Positions 17,853-27,307 of a stretch of 64,000 nt of DNA are shown piece after piece. How positions within the stretch are numbered: the stretch's first letter is position 1; each line of letters begins with the position of its first letter. This DNA is from a virus. A program made the position numbers and the translations under genes. The stretch spans positions 1 to 64,000 of the IMG/VR virus record IMGVR_UViG_3300021963_000027; one strand, written 5' to 3'. Below the pieces are notes generated by a model. It made no database searches. It was given only the letters and a program-made list of their open reading frames with translations, and was not told where the DNA came from.

Positions 17853-19643
17853 ATGAAATCACTTGAATTATTCAATTGCGTACAAGCTAAAAAAGGGGGA
17901 GAATATAAAATTCTTCCTGAATATGGTGTCATCGTGGAGCCATCTGCTTCCCATGCCATCACTGAAATCAAACAATTTCTATATAAGAAACTGACAGGCA
18001 AACAATTAAATGCTACTTTCCATAAATCTTGGAAAGTGATTCAGGAGTCCAGTAGAGAAGAATTGTATCTACATCAAATTCTTCATTATCTCACTACCTA
18101 TGGTACGGGATTTCAATCGTCTTTCGTATATCTTCCCAATGAAGAATTGGATGTTCCTCAAGTGGAAACCAAATTCTTGGTGATTCGGGGTCTGACTAAA
18201 GACGAAATTATTGAAAAAGCTCTCGATCTATTCAAGTCTGGTGTTGCTCTTAAACAAGATACTATCATCAATGTTCTTGAATTGTTGAATAGCTTGGGTT
18301 ACGAATTTACTGGTAGTGAAAACATCAAGAACAAAGAAGCTCTGATGTATATCTGTAAAGAGAAAGGTATCGTTCCCACTGACCCTTCGGAATTTGTTAG
18401 ATACTTGATCTATCTAGCGACTGGCAACACTCTCCTTATCAAGAATAAGGACACTTATCTGAAAATTCGTAGCATCTCCAAAGATCAGAAATATTATGTG
18501 AACCGAGCATTTTCAAATTGTAGTGTGGAATCCTTGGCAGAGGTGTTCAACCGATTTAAGCCTATTTTCCTTACTTTCAAACAAGTGTTGTCGAACGAAT
18601 CTTCGAGAACCATTAACAAAATTTCTCGTCTTAGTAAGACTCTTCATGTTCCCATGAAGTCCAACATTCTCAATAACATTGCTGCTTGTGGTGTTACAGA
18701 GTTGATGGATCAGAAAGAGAATCTGGTGCAAAATGCTAACTTCTTCCAATTGGCGAGATGTCTTCAATTCTTGAAACAATCAGCTAATGCTGATGCGAAA
18801 GTGTATAACATTCGTAATGGTAAATCATGGGTAGAGAACGTCACTCCGAATAATAAATGGTATGGTCGTAAGATGGTAATTCTTCAAGATATCATTGCTC
18901 AAAAATTCGGAGAAAATCTGAAAGGTAAAAAGGTATATATTCCCGATGGTGTATTTTATGCTCTCCCAACATCGGAAAAGATGTTTGTTGGTAATGTGCC
19001 AATGGGTAGTATGTTCTTAACCAAATCTCCTATTGCTATGGGTGTTTATTGGGAAAATTCGGGAGGAGCAAGAGACTTGGATTTGTCTGCTGTGGCACTT
19101 AACAAAGTGGGATGGAACGCTCGTTATAATCAGGGCGAGGGTAATGTGATGTATTCTGGTGATATGACAAATGCTGAAAATGGTGCAACCGAATATATCA
19201 GAGTTGATGATGCTGATGATGATTATCTGATTCTGAATAATGTATTCTCTGGTGAACAAAAAGGTTCTATTTTCAATATCGTTATTGGTAAAGGTGGTCA
19301 TGTCGATAGAAAATATATGATGAATCCAAACGATGTTTGGTTCACTACTCAAACCGAAACGATCCAAAGACAGACTGTTGTTGGTTTGATCACCAAGCAT
19401 GGTAAAGACAATGCTGCCATTGTATTGAATTTCGCATCAGGTGCTAATCAAGTATCAACTACTGGTGGTAAGAATGATATCATGCGAAGAGCATTGGTTC
19501 AGAGATGGAAGAATTGCTTTCATGTGAATGATCTGTTGGAATTCTGTGGTGCTGTCATTGTTGATAGTTCCGAGGATTGTGATGTGGATTTGACCCCATC
19601 AAGTCTGGAAAAAGACACGATTCTGAATCTGTTTAAAAACTAG
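17853..19643 (+). CDS. 596-aa protein with C-terminal TerD-like domain
   Basis: ARDLDLSA..YSGDMTNAENGATEYI; helical N-term; leaderless start. Confidence 0.7.
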   Translation: MKSLELFNCVQAKKGGEYKILPEYGVIVEPSASHAITEIKQFLYKKLTGKQLNATFHKSWKVIQESSREELYLHQILHYLTTYGTGFQSSFVYLPNEELDVPQVETKFLVIRGLTKDEIIEKALDLFKSGVALKQDTIINVLELLNSLGYEFTGSENIKNKEALMYICKEKGIVPTDPSEFVRYLIYLATGNTLLIKNKDTYLKIRSISKDQKYYVNRAFSNCSVESLAEVFNRFKPIFLTFKQVLSNESSRTINKISRLSKTLHVPMKSNILNNIAACGVTELMDQKENLVQNANFFQLARCLQFLKQSANADAKVYNIRNGKSWVENVTPNNKWYGRKMVILQDIIAQKFGENLKGKKVYIPDGVFYALPTSEKMFVGNVPMGSMFLTKSPIAMGVYWENSGGARDLDLSAVALNKVGWNARYNQGEGNVMYSGDMTNAENGATEYIRVDDADDDYLILNNVFSGEQKGSIFNIVIGKGGHVDRKYMMNPNDVWFTTQTETIQRQTVVGLITKHGKDNAAIVLNFASGANQVSTTGGKNDIMRRALVQRWKNCFHVNDLLEFCGAVIVDSSEDCDVDLTPSSLEKDTILNLFKN

Positions 19644-19657
19644 AGTATACTCATGTC

Positions 19658-19870
19658 ATGAAAAACAAAATCGTTAAATTTTGGGATGACTTCATTTATG
19701 GTCAAGCATACCATACCATCAAACGCATGGCAGCTAGAAATAGTGGAATCCCTTATTTATTGGAATTACATATCCGTAAATGGAATGAACTGAATCCGAT
19801 TCCTGAAAGTCTAAAAAAAGCAACTGAAGATTTTTTCAATGCTATGGAAGAACACTCTGATAAAAAATAA
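19658..19870 (+). CDS. hypothetical protein
   Basis: Leaderless after M-promoter. Confidence 0.8.
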   Translation: MKNKIVKFWDDFIYGQAYHTIKRMAARNSGIPYLLELHIRKWNELNPIPESLKKATEDFFNAMEEHSDKK

Positions 19871-19874
19871 TATT

Positions 19875-20075
19875 ATGAAAGCAAGCTATCGAAAAATTAA
19901 AAACGGATTCTACCCTGTTATTATTTTTAATGACAAGTCAAGAATGACACACAAAGTATTGTGCTGCAATAAAGAATTGGCTACCAATCTGGCACAGAAC
20001 GTTATTATAGGAATTGAAAAATATCAAAAAAATGAAGTCAGAGAAGAAGGAAAAGAAAAAAAAGAATACGTTTAA
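19875..20075 (+). CDS. hypothetical protein
   Basis: ORF. Confidence 0.65.
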   Translation: MKASYRKIKNGFYPVIIFNDKSRMTHKVLCCNKELATNLAQNVIIGIEKYQKNEVREEGKEKKEYV

Positions 20076-20076
20076 G

Positions 20077-20238
20077 ATGTGGCTTGACGGTCCCGATATT
20101 ATCTTACCTGATGGTTATCATTGGAATATGGAGTCGGGAGAAGTCATCGCCAACGATGGATCATGGCGTGGTGGTCTAGTCGATTTTTATAATAAACAAA
20201 AAAATATTCAATTAAATGAACAACAAAGATCAAATTAA
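20077..20238 (+). CDS. hypothetical protein
   Basis: ORF. Confidence 0.55.
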   Translation: MWLDGPDIILPDGYHWNMESGEVIANDGSWRGGLVDFYNKQKNIQLNEQQRSN

Positions 20239-20686
20239 TCAGTCGATTAACGGCATTGCCTTGTTTGATAAGCAAGTTATCAAAAAGAAATGTCTCAAAG
20301 TAAAAGCTGTTCTCAAAAAAGTGAGAGAAAAAAAGCTTAAAGAAGCTAAAGAAAATCAAAAATCTCATGCTGATCTTCTTCGTAAAGATTATTACCTAAA
20401 ATCCTTTTGGTATCGTTTGAGATTGAAATGGGGTAGAATTGAAGATGTGAATCAAATGTCTGATAAAGACTTGATAACACAATATAAAAATGATATTCGT
20501 TCTATATCCACATATAAAGAAGTTGGTAGGTTAATCGATTTATGGTACGAAGATAAAGAAGCTATTTCCTACAAGAGAGACACAGAAAAATTATGCGATG
20601 AGCTAGTATCAGTCTGTGATGCATTGAAAGGCGATGAAATTTGGATTTCGTCTCAAACATGGAGCAAAATTAACGAAAAAATTTAA
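20216..20686 (+). CDS. hypothetical protein
   Basis: ORF. Confidence 0.8.
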   Translation: MNNKDQINQSINGIALFDKQVIKKKCLKVKAVLKKVREKKLKEAKENQKSHADLLRKDYYLKSFWYRLRLKWGRIEDVNQMSDKDLITQYKNDIRSISTYKEVGRLIDLWYEDKEAISYKRDTEKLCDELVSVCDALKGDEIWISSQTWSKINEKI

Positions 20687-20696
20687 ATGAAAATCT

Positions 20697-21071
20697 ATGC
20701 AATTAAAATTTAGAGTATGGAACGGTAAAAAATATCTACCACAAGATTCATTCTGTTTATTCCCGACCGATGACGGTGATTTTGAAGCGAGGTCTTTGGA
20801 GTCTTATGGAGTGTTAGGAGATATTCCAAATCAAAAAATCGAACAATGGACTGGTACGAAAGACAAAAATAATGAAGAAATTTATTGTGGAGATATTGTA
20901 AAAGCTACATCTGATGAATATTCGAATGAAAATTTCATAGCGCATGTGATTTTCGATGATGGTAATTATCTAACTTATATCAATTCTTGCGACATCAGAG
21001 GGTTGTGGAGCGGCGAAAACATTGAAATTATTGGCAATATTAACGAAAACTCCGAACTTATTAAAAACTAG
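20697..21071 (+). CDS. YopX family protein
   Basis: KFRVW..QWTGTKDKNNEEIYCGDIV..IIGNINEN. Confidence 0.85.
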   Translation: MQLKFRVWNGKKYLPQDSFCLFPTDDGDFEARSLESYGVLGDIPNQKIEQWTGTKDKNNEEIYCGDIVKATSDEYSNENFIAHVIFDDGNYLTYINSCDIRGLWSGENIEIIGNINENSELIKN

Positions 21072-21085
21072 AATACACTCACGAC

Positions 21086-22042
21086 ATGCAACTTAACACT
21101 TTAGAAACAAAATTCGCCAAATGCTCATCCATTGAAATTCCCGATGCGTTCTACAATCGCATGTCAACTGGTAACGATGAGATTGACACTATGTTTGGCA
21201 CTGAACAATTCAAAGGATTCATGGCAGGTAGTGCCATCACCATCACTGGCACTCCAGGTGCTGGTAAGTCCACTCTTCTCTGTCAGGTGTCACAGATGCT
21301 CACCACGCAAGGTAAACGTGCTGCAATCGCTTCTGGTGAAGAATCTCATATTCAAATCGCCTATGCTTGCAAGCGTCTCGGAGTGACTGATGTGGATGTG
21401 GCTCACATCAAGGATGTGGAAGAAATCGCTGCTGCCATGCACTCATATGATTTCATGGTCGTGGATAGCTTTCAAGCTCTTCGTTCTAACAAGAATATGA
21501 AGAAGAGAGAGTTCAACCAATATGCACAAGACTTGCTCCTTTCCACTGCTAAAGAGACTGGTTGCGTGTTGGTATTCGTTCTTCACATCACTGTCAGTGG
21601 TCTTCCCAAAGGTGGCACTGATGTTATTCATGCTGTCGATGTGAACATGCGTGTAACGGTGGATAAAGATGACAATTCCATGCGTCTGATCGATGTTTAT
21701 AAGAATCGCTTCGGTGAGACTAAGACTCACATGGCTATTATGAATGCCAATGGTTTTGATTTCAAAGGTCTTTACACTGCTCCTACTGAGGAAGTCAAAG
21801 AGAAGAAAGATAAAGAACCTGCTAACGACAAGCGTAAAGAAGAAATTCTTGCAATGGATGAACCTCCTCACTTGACATTGGATCGTATCTGTGATAAGCT
21901 GAACGTGTCAGGACAAACCGCTGGTAACATTCTACGTGAAATGGTTGGAGAAGGCAAGCTTCAAAAGTTCGGTCGTGGTGTCAATGCTGTGTGGAAAATC
22001 GCTCAAGAGTGTCAGAAATTACATAAAGAATTAACGAAATAA
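21086..22042 (+). CDS. RadA/Sms-like RecA-fold ATPase with C-terminal HTH
   Basis: GTPGAGKST, SGEES, VVDSFQ, KNRFG. Confidence 0.85.
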   Translation: MQLNTLETKFAKCSSIEIPDAFYNRMSTGNDEIDTMFGTEQFKGFMAGSAITITGTPGAGKSTLLCQVSQMLTTQGKRAAIASGEESHIQIAYACKRLGVTDVDVAHIKDVEEIAAAMHSYDFMVVDSFQALRSNKNMKKREFNQYAQDLLLSTAKETGCVLVFVLHITVSGLPKGGTDVIHAVDVNMRVTVDKDDNSMRLIDVYKNRFGETKTHMAIMNANGFDFKGLYTAPTEEVKEKKDKEPANDKRKEEILAMDEPPHLTLDRICDKLNVSGQTAGNILREMVGEGKLQKFGRGVNAVWKIAQECQKLHKELTK

Positions 22043-22129
22043 TAATTATGAGTAATATTTCTGCTTGTGTGAATATCGCAAGTTTGAAAGTAATTTTAAC
22101 CGAATTTGAAGAAAAGAAATCGACATATC

Positions 22130-22363
22130 ATGAACACAGCAGAAAAACAACAAATATCAGAATTTCGTCGATTGGAAATGGGCGAAATCGTCTTAGCAAC
22201 GGACGAAATCTACGATGACCACAAGCGGGAATGGGTAGAACCAGAATGGAGCGTGGGAGAACCCGCTCCTGACCCAGACTACACGTCTCACCGTCAATTC
22301 CGCCGTAAGATCAATTCTGCGCCAAACGCAAAAGCTAAAACATCACCACCCGAACCACAATAA
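22130..22363 (+). CDS. hypothetical protein
   Basis: ORF. Confidence 0.7.
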   Translation: MNTAEKQQISEFRRLEMGEIVLATDEIYDDHKREWVEPEWSVGEPAPDPDYTSHRQFRRKINSAPNAKAKTSPPEPQ

Positions 22364-22366
22364 ACC

Positions 22367-22573
22367 ATGCCTAACCTAGTGCAATACCCACACGACAAAT
22401 GGACTATTCATCAAAACAAAACTGGTGATGATTGTCTTGCCGCGACTTGCTCTCCATCAACCGAAGCCTTGCAATACGCAGATTACATCCTAAATCACTA
22501 CTCGCGATATAGTCATGCCGACAAATTGCGCCTTGCCATCGATTTGGAGAAGCGCGGATGGAAAAAAGGATAA
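22367..22573 (+). CDS. hypothetical protein
   Basis: ORF. Confidence 0.7.
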   Translation: MPNLVQYPHDKWTIHQNKTGDDCLAATCSPSTEALQYADYILNHYSRYSHADKLRLAIDLEKRGWKKG

Positions 22574-22723
22574 TTCTAATACCCTTAAAAAACAAATGAA
22601 CACAACAACAAATATCGGACTCCCTGCTTGCTGCGTGCAAAGCGGCGTGGCTTATCGACTCATTACAATACACAGAGAATCATACGGTTTGCACACAAAA
22701 CAATAAATCGAAGAAAAAAAATT

Positions 22724-23161
22724 ATGAAACAGAAAATAGAAGATATTAAAGGACTGGTAAATAAAGAAGCATTACTAAAACAAATTGAAATCAATGACGA
22801 TGGATACGGTTCTGCTTGTGTAAATATCGCAATCAATGTGATGCAACATTTGGATAACTTTGAAGGAGAATTCAATATTGGGTATCATCCTGATATGACG
22901 ACGACTCATGGTATCATTTGTGAATGTGATGATCAGGGTGGTATCACTGGATTTATGGCTAGTGCTGCTAGAAACATCGTAGCGCAATGCTATAAAGATG
23001 GGTGGAAATTCTGGCTTGCTGATGTGATTAGTTCATATGCTATAAACAACACTGAAGAACTTGAACGATATATTTCTAATATTTCTAAAGATGGTTTTGC
23101 GTCTGAAGAAGATGCTAGAGAATATGTAAATGCTTTGATCGATAGATATAAAAAAAAATAA
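22724..23161 (+). CDS. hypothetical protein
   Basis: ORF. Confidence 0.8.
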   Translation: MKQKIEDIKGLVNKEALLKQIEINDDGYGSACVNIAINVMQHLDNFEGEFNIGYHPDMTTTHGIICECDDQGGITGFMASAARNIVAQCYKDGWKFWLADVISSYAINNTEELERYISNISKDGFASEEDAREYVNALIDRYKKK

Positions 23162-23195
23162 TCCTCCCTCTTAAAAACTAGAATACAATGTCCCT

Positions 23196-23279
23196 GTGAA
23201 AAAAATCTTGACAATCATTGCCCTTGTGGTAATATATGGAACAGGAATTTACATCCTTTACAAACTACTTAAAAAATAA
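23196..23279 (+). CDS. 27-aa single-TM peptide
   Basis: GTG exactly at +1 of M-promoter; MKKILTIIALVVIYGTGIYILYKLLKK. Confidence 0.55.
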   Translation: MKKILTIIALVVIYGTGIYILYKLLKK

Positions 23280-23281
23280 TT

Positions 23282-24661
23282 ATGATTAGTATCTCTAAAA
23301 ATGCAGACCCGAATTACCTTGCTACGGTAATTGAATGCCCTGAATTGAAGAATCATCCAAATGCTGACCGTCTGGAGATTACTAATGTGTTTGGTGGTGA
23401 TGTGATCGTTGCCAAAGGACAGTATCAAAAAGGCGAATTGCTATGCTATTTTCCAGTGGAGTCTTGTATCTCACAGAAGTTCTTGGCATGGGCTAATCTG
23501 TTAGATAAAGCAGAATCGAATGCTGATGGTAAGACCAAGGGCTTTTTCTCATCGAAAAATGGTCGTGTTCGTGCTATTAAATTAAGAGAGATTCCAAGTC
23601 AAGGATTCCTTTTCAAAGTCTCTAAGCTTGCTGAATACTACGGTGTTAAAGAATCTGTGTTCAAATTGGGAGAGTCATTTGATACTATCAATGATGATCT
23701 ACTGGTGAAGAAATATGTATCAGGAGAACGCAAGAGTGGAAATCAGAATGAGTCTAAGAAGCGCATTCCAAAATGGATTGAAAATACTGTTCGTATCTTC
23801 CCTCTTCCCATTCGTAAGCGTCTATACACTGGTATCAATTACTTCTACGATAAGAACAAGCAAGGTATCGGTAGCTTGATTGTGGATGGGCATTGGGCAT
23901 TCCATTATAAAACAGAAGGGGCTGGTAGAAATATACACATTTTATCACCAGAGGATACAATAATTATTACAGAAAAATTACACGGTGCTAATGGGGTATA
24001 TGGTAACATTCTTTGTAAAAAACCTTTTAATATTTTTCGATACTTTGGAAAAAAAATCGGTTTTAGTGTTGAAGAGACGGAACATAAGTTGGTTTACAGT
24101 AGCAGAAACATTCTAAAAAATAGGAGAGATGGTAAATATACTGATGATGTGTGGGGCAATGTAGCACAAGATATTGATGGTAAATTACCAAAGGATATTA
24201 TTCTATATGGAGAATTAATCGGTTGGTCATCTGATAATAAATGTATTCAGAAGAATTATGACTACTCACTGCCTAATGGTAAGGTCGGGTTTAGAGTATT
24301 TCGTGGAGTTCGAAATACTCAAGAAGGTAAACAAATTGAACTATCTTGGGATGAGCTTGTGGAAATTTGTGAATATTCAAATTTGGAAATGGTTCCCATT
24401 CACTATAAAGGCTTGGTAAAAGATTTGTTTGATATTCATATTGATGATACATGGCGCGATAAATTTCTTTCAAATCTGGCGAAAAAATTCTTCAAAAATA
24501 AATGCCATTATTGTAAAAATTCTGTTGTAAATGAGGGGGTCGTGTTGAGAATCGAATCTTCCGAGCGCAAAACAGTATTAAAATATAAAAATCCGAGCTT
24601 TCTAGTACAAGAAAGTAGTGCCAGAGATATCAACGAAGAAAATATTGATGAAGAAAATTAA
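23282..24661 (+). CDS. RNA ligase (Rnl2/DRB0094-like) with N-terminal OB-like domain
   Basis: HPNADRLEI, ITEKLHG, YGEL, EGVVLR, LKYK. Confidence 0.85.
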   Translation: MISISKNADPNYLATVIECPELKNHPNADRLEITNVFGGDVIVAKGQYQKGELLCYFPVESCISQKFLAWANLLDKAESNADGKTKGFFSSKNGRVRAIKLREIPSQGFLFKVSKLAEYYGVKESVFKLGESFDTINDDLLVKKYVSGERKSGNQNESKKRIPKWIENTVRIFPLPIRKRLYTGINYFYDKNKQGIGSLIVDGHWAFHYKTEGAGRNIHILSPEDTIIITEKLHGANGVYGNILCKKPFNIFRYFGKKIGFSVEETEHKLVYSSRNILKNRRDGKYTDDVWGNVAQDIDGKLPKDIILYGELIGWSSDNKCIQKNYDYSLPNGKVGFRVFRGVRNTQEGKQIELSWDELVEICEYSNLEMVPIHYKGLVKDLFDIHIDDTWRDKFLSNLAKKFFKNKCHYCKNSVVNEGVVLRIESSERKTVLKYKNPSFLVQESSARDINEENIDEEN

Positions 24662-25428
24662 TCAACATATTTCATCATATAAGTCTCGTTTCGTTGTTTA
24701 CCAGTGCATAGGTTTCTTATACTTGTTCTACTGAGTCCAAGTGTTTTAGCGGCATAAGATACTGATTCATAAACTGTCTCGATATTAGAAACTTTATCGA
24801 GACAGTTTATCGCTCTTCTTGTGTCGGTAGAAATCGGTTCTATGTGATCTCCCATATAAGAAGATTTGAATACGTAACCACCGCATTGTTTGGTTTTATT
24901 CGATAAAACATTACAAATACCGCTATGTGAGTATAAATTTAATTGTCTAGCCGCTTCTGTATAGCCTATAAAAGAACCAACATACCCACCAGTAATGTGA
25001 TTATATACATAAACTTGTTTGCTAAGAATACATTTTTCACCTGTTTTACCCTTTGTATGCGAATTTTTACTCATTTTAATTTTAGTTTCCTCACTGTGTC
25101 GTAATCCAACGCAACCTCTACCCTTAGAACAGATATTATATCCGTTCGGTGTTAAACTATTATATTTGATTATCATTTGTTCTTCCAAATTCCATAATTG
25201 TTCTTTGTTTGCATTTGGGAAATATTCAACATGTATTTCGAAATTATCACGACCATATTTTCTTATGGCGTTGTGGATCAAGCTACGTTTTTCCGCACCG
25301 ACTCTGCTTCTATGCTCACATATTCGTTTATGGATATTTATAGTTTCTCCGATATAACATTTACCATTTATTAGATTTTTAATAATGTAAATCCCCGCAT
25401 TGTTTTCAAATTTATCGTTTAATTTCAT
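24658..25428 (-). CDS. GIY-YIG homing endonuclease with NUMOD-type repeats
   Basis: GIYIIKNLINGKCYIGET; HSEETKIKMS. Confidence 0.9.
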   Translation of the reverse strand: MKLNDKFENNAGIYIIKNLINGKCYIGETINIHKRICEHRSRVGAEKRSLIHNAIRKYGRDNFEIHVEYFPNANKEQLWNLEEQMIIKYNSLTPNGYNICSKGRGCVGLRHSEETKIKMSKNSHTKGKTGEKCILSKQVYVYNHITGGYVGSFIGYTEAARQLNLYSHSGICNVLSNKTKQCGGYVFKSSYMGDHIEPISTDTRRAINCLDKVSNIETVYESVSYAAKTLGLSRTSIRNLCTGKQRNETYMMKYVD

Positions 25429-25559
25429 TTTAAATATTCATCTAACATTCTTTTGATCAGTTCTGACATCGTGATACCCATTAAATCAGCTTTGGTTCTC
25501 AGCATTTTTTTAATGTCTGGTAGTAAATACACCTCTATTTTTTCTTTATTTTTTCTCAT
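25425..25559 (-). CDS. 44-aa ribbon-helix-helix-like protein
   Basis: MRKNKEKIEVYLLPDIKKMLRTKADLMGITMSELIKRMLDEYLK; TAAATA 7 nt upstream; ATGA-coupled to GIY-YIG. Confidence 0.7.
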   Translation of the reverse strand: MRKNKEKIEVYLLPDIKKMLRTKADLMGITMSELIKRMLDEYLK

Positions 25560-25641
25560 ACCTTATTATTTAGTGTTTTTATCATGTTTTTTTCATTACA
25601 GTATTGACTAAATTAAAAACTAAGATAATATAATCTTAATT

Positions 25642-26211
25642 ATGAAATTACTAATCACTCGTCATGGTCAGTCAGAGGGTAATATCAACAAGTCAGTGTA
25701 TTTCAAAATGCCTGATTGGTCTGTTCCTCTAACAGAAAAAGGTAAAGAGCAAGCAAATAAAGTTGGGGAAGAGATTCGTGCAGAGCTTCTCTCATCAAAT
25801 GAATTTTTATTGATTCATAGTCCTTATGTGCGAGCAAAAGAGACAATGCAAATTATCAATACACACTTTCCTCTCTATACTCCATTTTATAAAGAAGAGC
25901 ATGTCTTGATTCGCGAACGTGAATGGGGAAATCTTAGAGAAGAATACGAAACATATAAAACCAGAGAAGAACGTGAACACCTGTTTGATTTCTATCGTCG
26001 TCCTAATGGTGGAGAATCATTCGCTGATTGCTATCAAAGAGCATTCATCTTTCTGAATTGGTTGAAGACACAAGTGGCTGATACAGCTATTATCGTATCT
26101 CATGGAGAATTTATCAAAACGATGTTGATGATCATTGACAACGTGAGTGTGGAAGACTTCGATAAGATTCCCAATGTTAAGAATTGTAAATTGATTATCC
26201 GCGAAATTTAA
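25642..26211 (+). CDS. histidine phosphatase (phosphoglycerate mutase family)
   Basis: RHGQS, SPYVRA, GGES, VSHG. Confidence 0.9.
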   Translation: MKLLITRHGQSEGNINKSVYFKMPDWSVPLTEKGKEQANKVGEEIRAELLSSNEFLLIHSPYVRAKETMQIINTHFPLYTPFYKEEHVLIREREWGNLREEYETYKTREEREHLFDFYRRPNGGESFADCYQRAFIFLNWLKTQVADTAIIVSHGEFIKTMLMIIDNVSVEDFDKIPNVKNCKLIIREI

Positions 26212-26233
26212 AAAACTAGAATATACTGAACAC

Positions 26234-26629
26234 ATGACAAACGAATTGGAAACGAAATTGATTGGATGGCTTGAAACATCCGCACAGGCTATTGGAGACT
26301 TTGCTTCGAAAGAAGTGCCTCCTTTCATTCACGAATACCTTCAATGGAAATTCTTGGAGTGTTTTTATGCACCTTGTATGGCACTATTAGGATTTGTCGT
26401 ATTTGGACTTATTATGCGTAAATGTTGGAAAAAATATAAAACTGATAATGATTCTGTTCTAACAGAATTATATTTTGGTGGCACAATTTTTTCTGCTTTT
26501 TCTTTATTTATTATATTCCTTATCTTTATGATTAGCTCACTAAAAAACATACCCACAGCAATACAAATCAAAGTAGCACCAAAAGTATATCTTATGGAGA
26601 AAGCAACAGAATTTATTAAAAGTAAATAA
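26234..26629 (+). CDS. membrane protein
   Basis: Two TM segments; leaderless start. Confidence 0.8.
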   Translation: MTNELETKLIGWLETSAQAIGDFASKEVPPFIHEYLQWKFLECFYAPCMALLGFVVFGLIMRKCWKKYKTDNDSVLTELYFGGTIFSAFSLFIIFLIFMISSLKNIPTAIQIKVAPKVYLMEKATEFIKSK

Positions 26630-26630
26630 T

Positions 26631-26828
26631 ATGGTGACAAAATTAGAAAAACAATACGATGCGGGAGAAAATCTATCTTCCATTCAGAAAATTGATGAAA
26701 AGCTTTCTATTCTTCGTGAATCTTGGCAAGATGCTGGTGAGGATAAAAAAAATAAATGGATGAAAATGATTAACGAACAACTTGATCAACGCTTGACTTT
26801 GATGAGTATTCGTGATAACATGGGGTGA
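26631..26828 (+). CDS. hypothetical protein
   Basis: ORF. Confidence 0.75.
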   Translation: MVTKLEKQYDAGENLSSIQKIDEKLSILRESWQDAGEDKKNKWMKMINEQLDQRLTLMSIRDNMG

Positions 26829-26864
26829 TGGCAGAGTGGTAATGGTCTGGTCTTGAAAACCAGA
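26822..26864 (+). pseudogene. truncated tRNA-Ser(TGA) 5' part
   Basis: GGGGTGATGGCAGAGTGGTAA..CTGGT-CTTGAAA-ACCAG; no T-arm or acceptor 3' strand. Confidence 0.6.
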
Positions 26865-26926
26865 GACAACCCTGACAGGCATCTTAAAAAACTAGAATAC
26901 AATAACAACACAACAAAATAATATAT

Positions 26927-27097
26927 ATGGCTAATCGTAATACTAAATCGGCTCGCAGAGCGGGATTCGCAAGTAAAAAAGACCAGAACAACAACGGCAC
27001 TCGTATTTTCAAGGGCAAAGCTTGTGACACTGGATGGGATGCTCCTGAGAGTAAACACAAGAAGCGCAAGGTATATCAGCGCAACAATTCCAATTAA
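26927..27097 (+). CDS. 56-aa basic protein
   Basis: After M-promoter, A-rich leader. Confidence 0.65.
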   Translation: MANRNTKSARRAGFASKKDQNNNGTRIFKGKACDTGWDAPESKHKKRKVYQRNNSN

Positions 27098-27103
27098 CGA
27101 TTT

Positions 27104-27287
27104 TTCGCTTCGGCAGTATCAATAAATGACCAGAACCTCCCTCTACTATTCACTTAGCATGGAGACTGGTGGGATCGAGAAATAGAGCCTTCGGGTGCGC
27201 GGATAAAGTCAGTAATGACAGGTAGTAATTCTATCCTCCCTAAAACTCGGATACTGAAAAGGTAGGCGCAGACCGTTCCGAAGCGAA
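27104..27287 (+). ncRNA. 184-nt structured RNA of unknown class
   Basis: 10-bp closing helix, 7-bp second helix, UUCG and GUAA tetraloops. Confidence 0.65.
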
Positions 27288-27307
27288 TTAATTTTAATCA
27301 ATAAATT

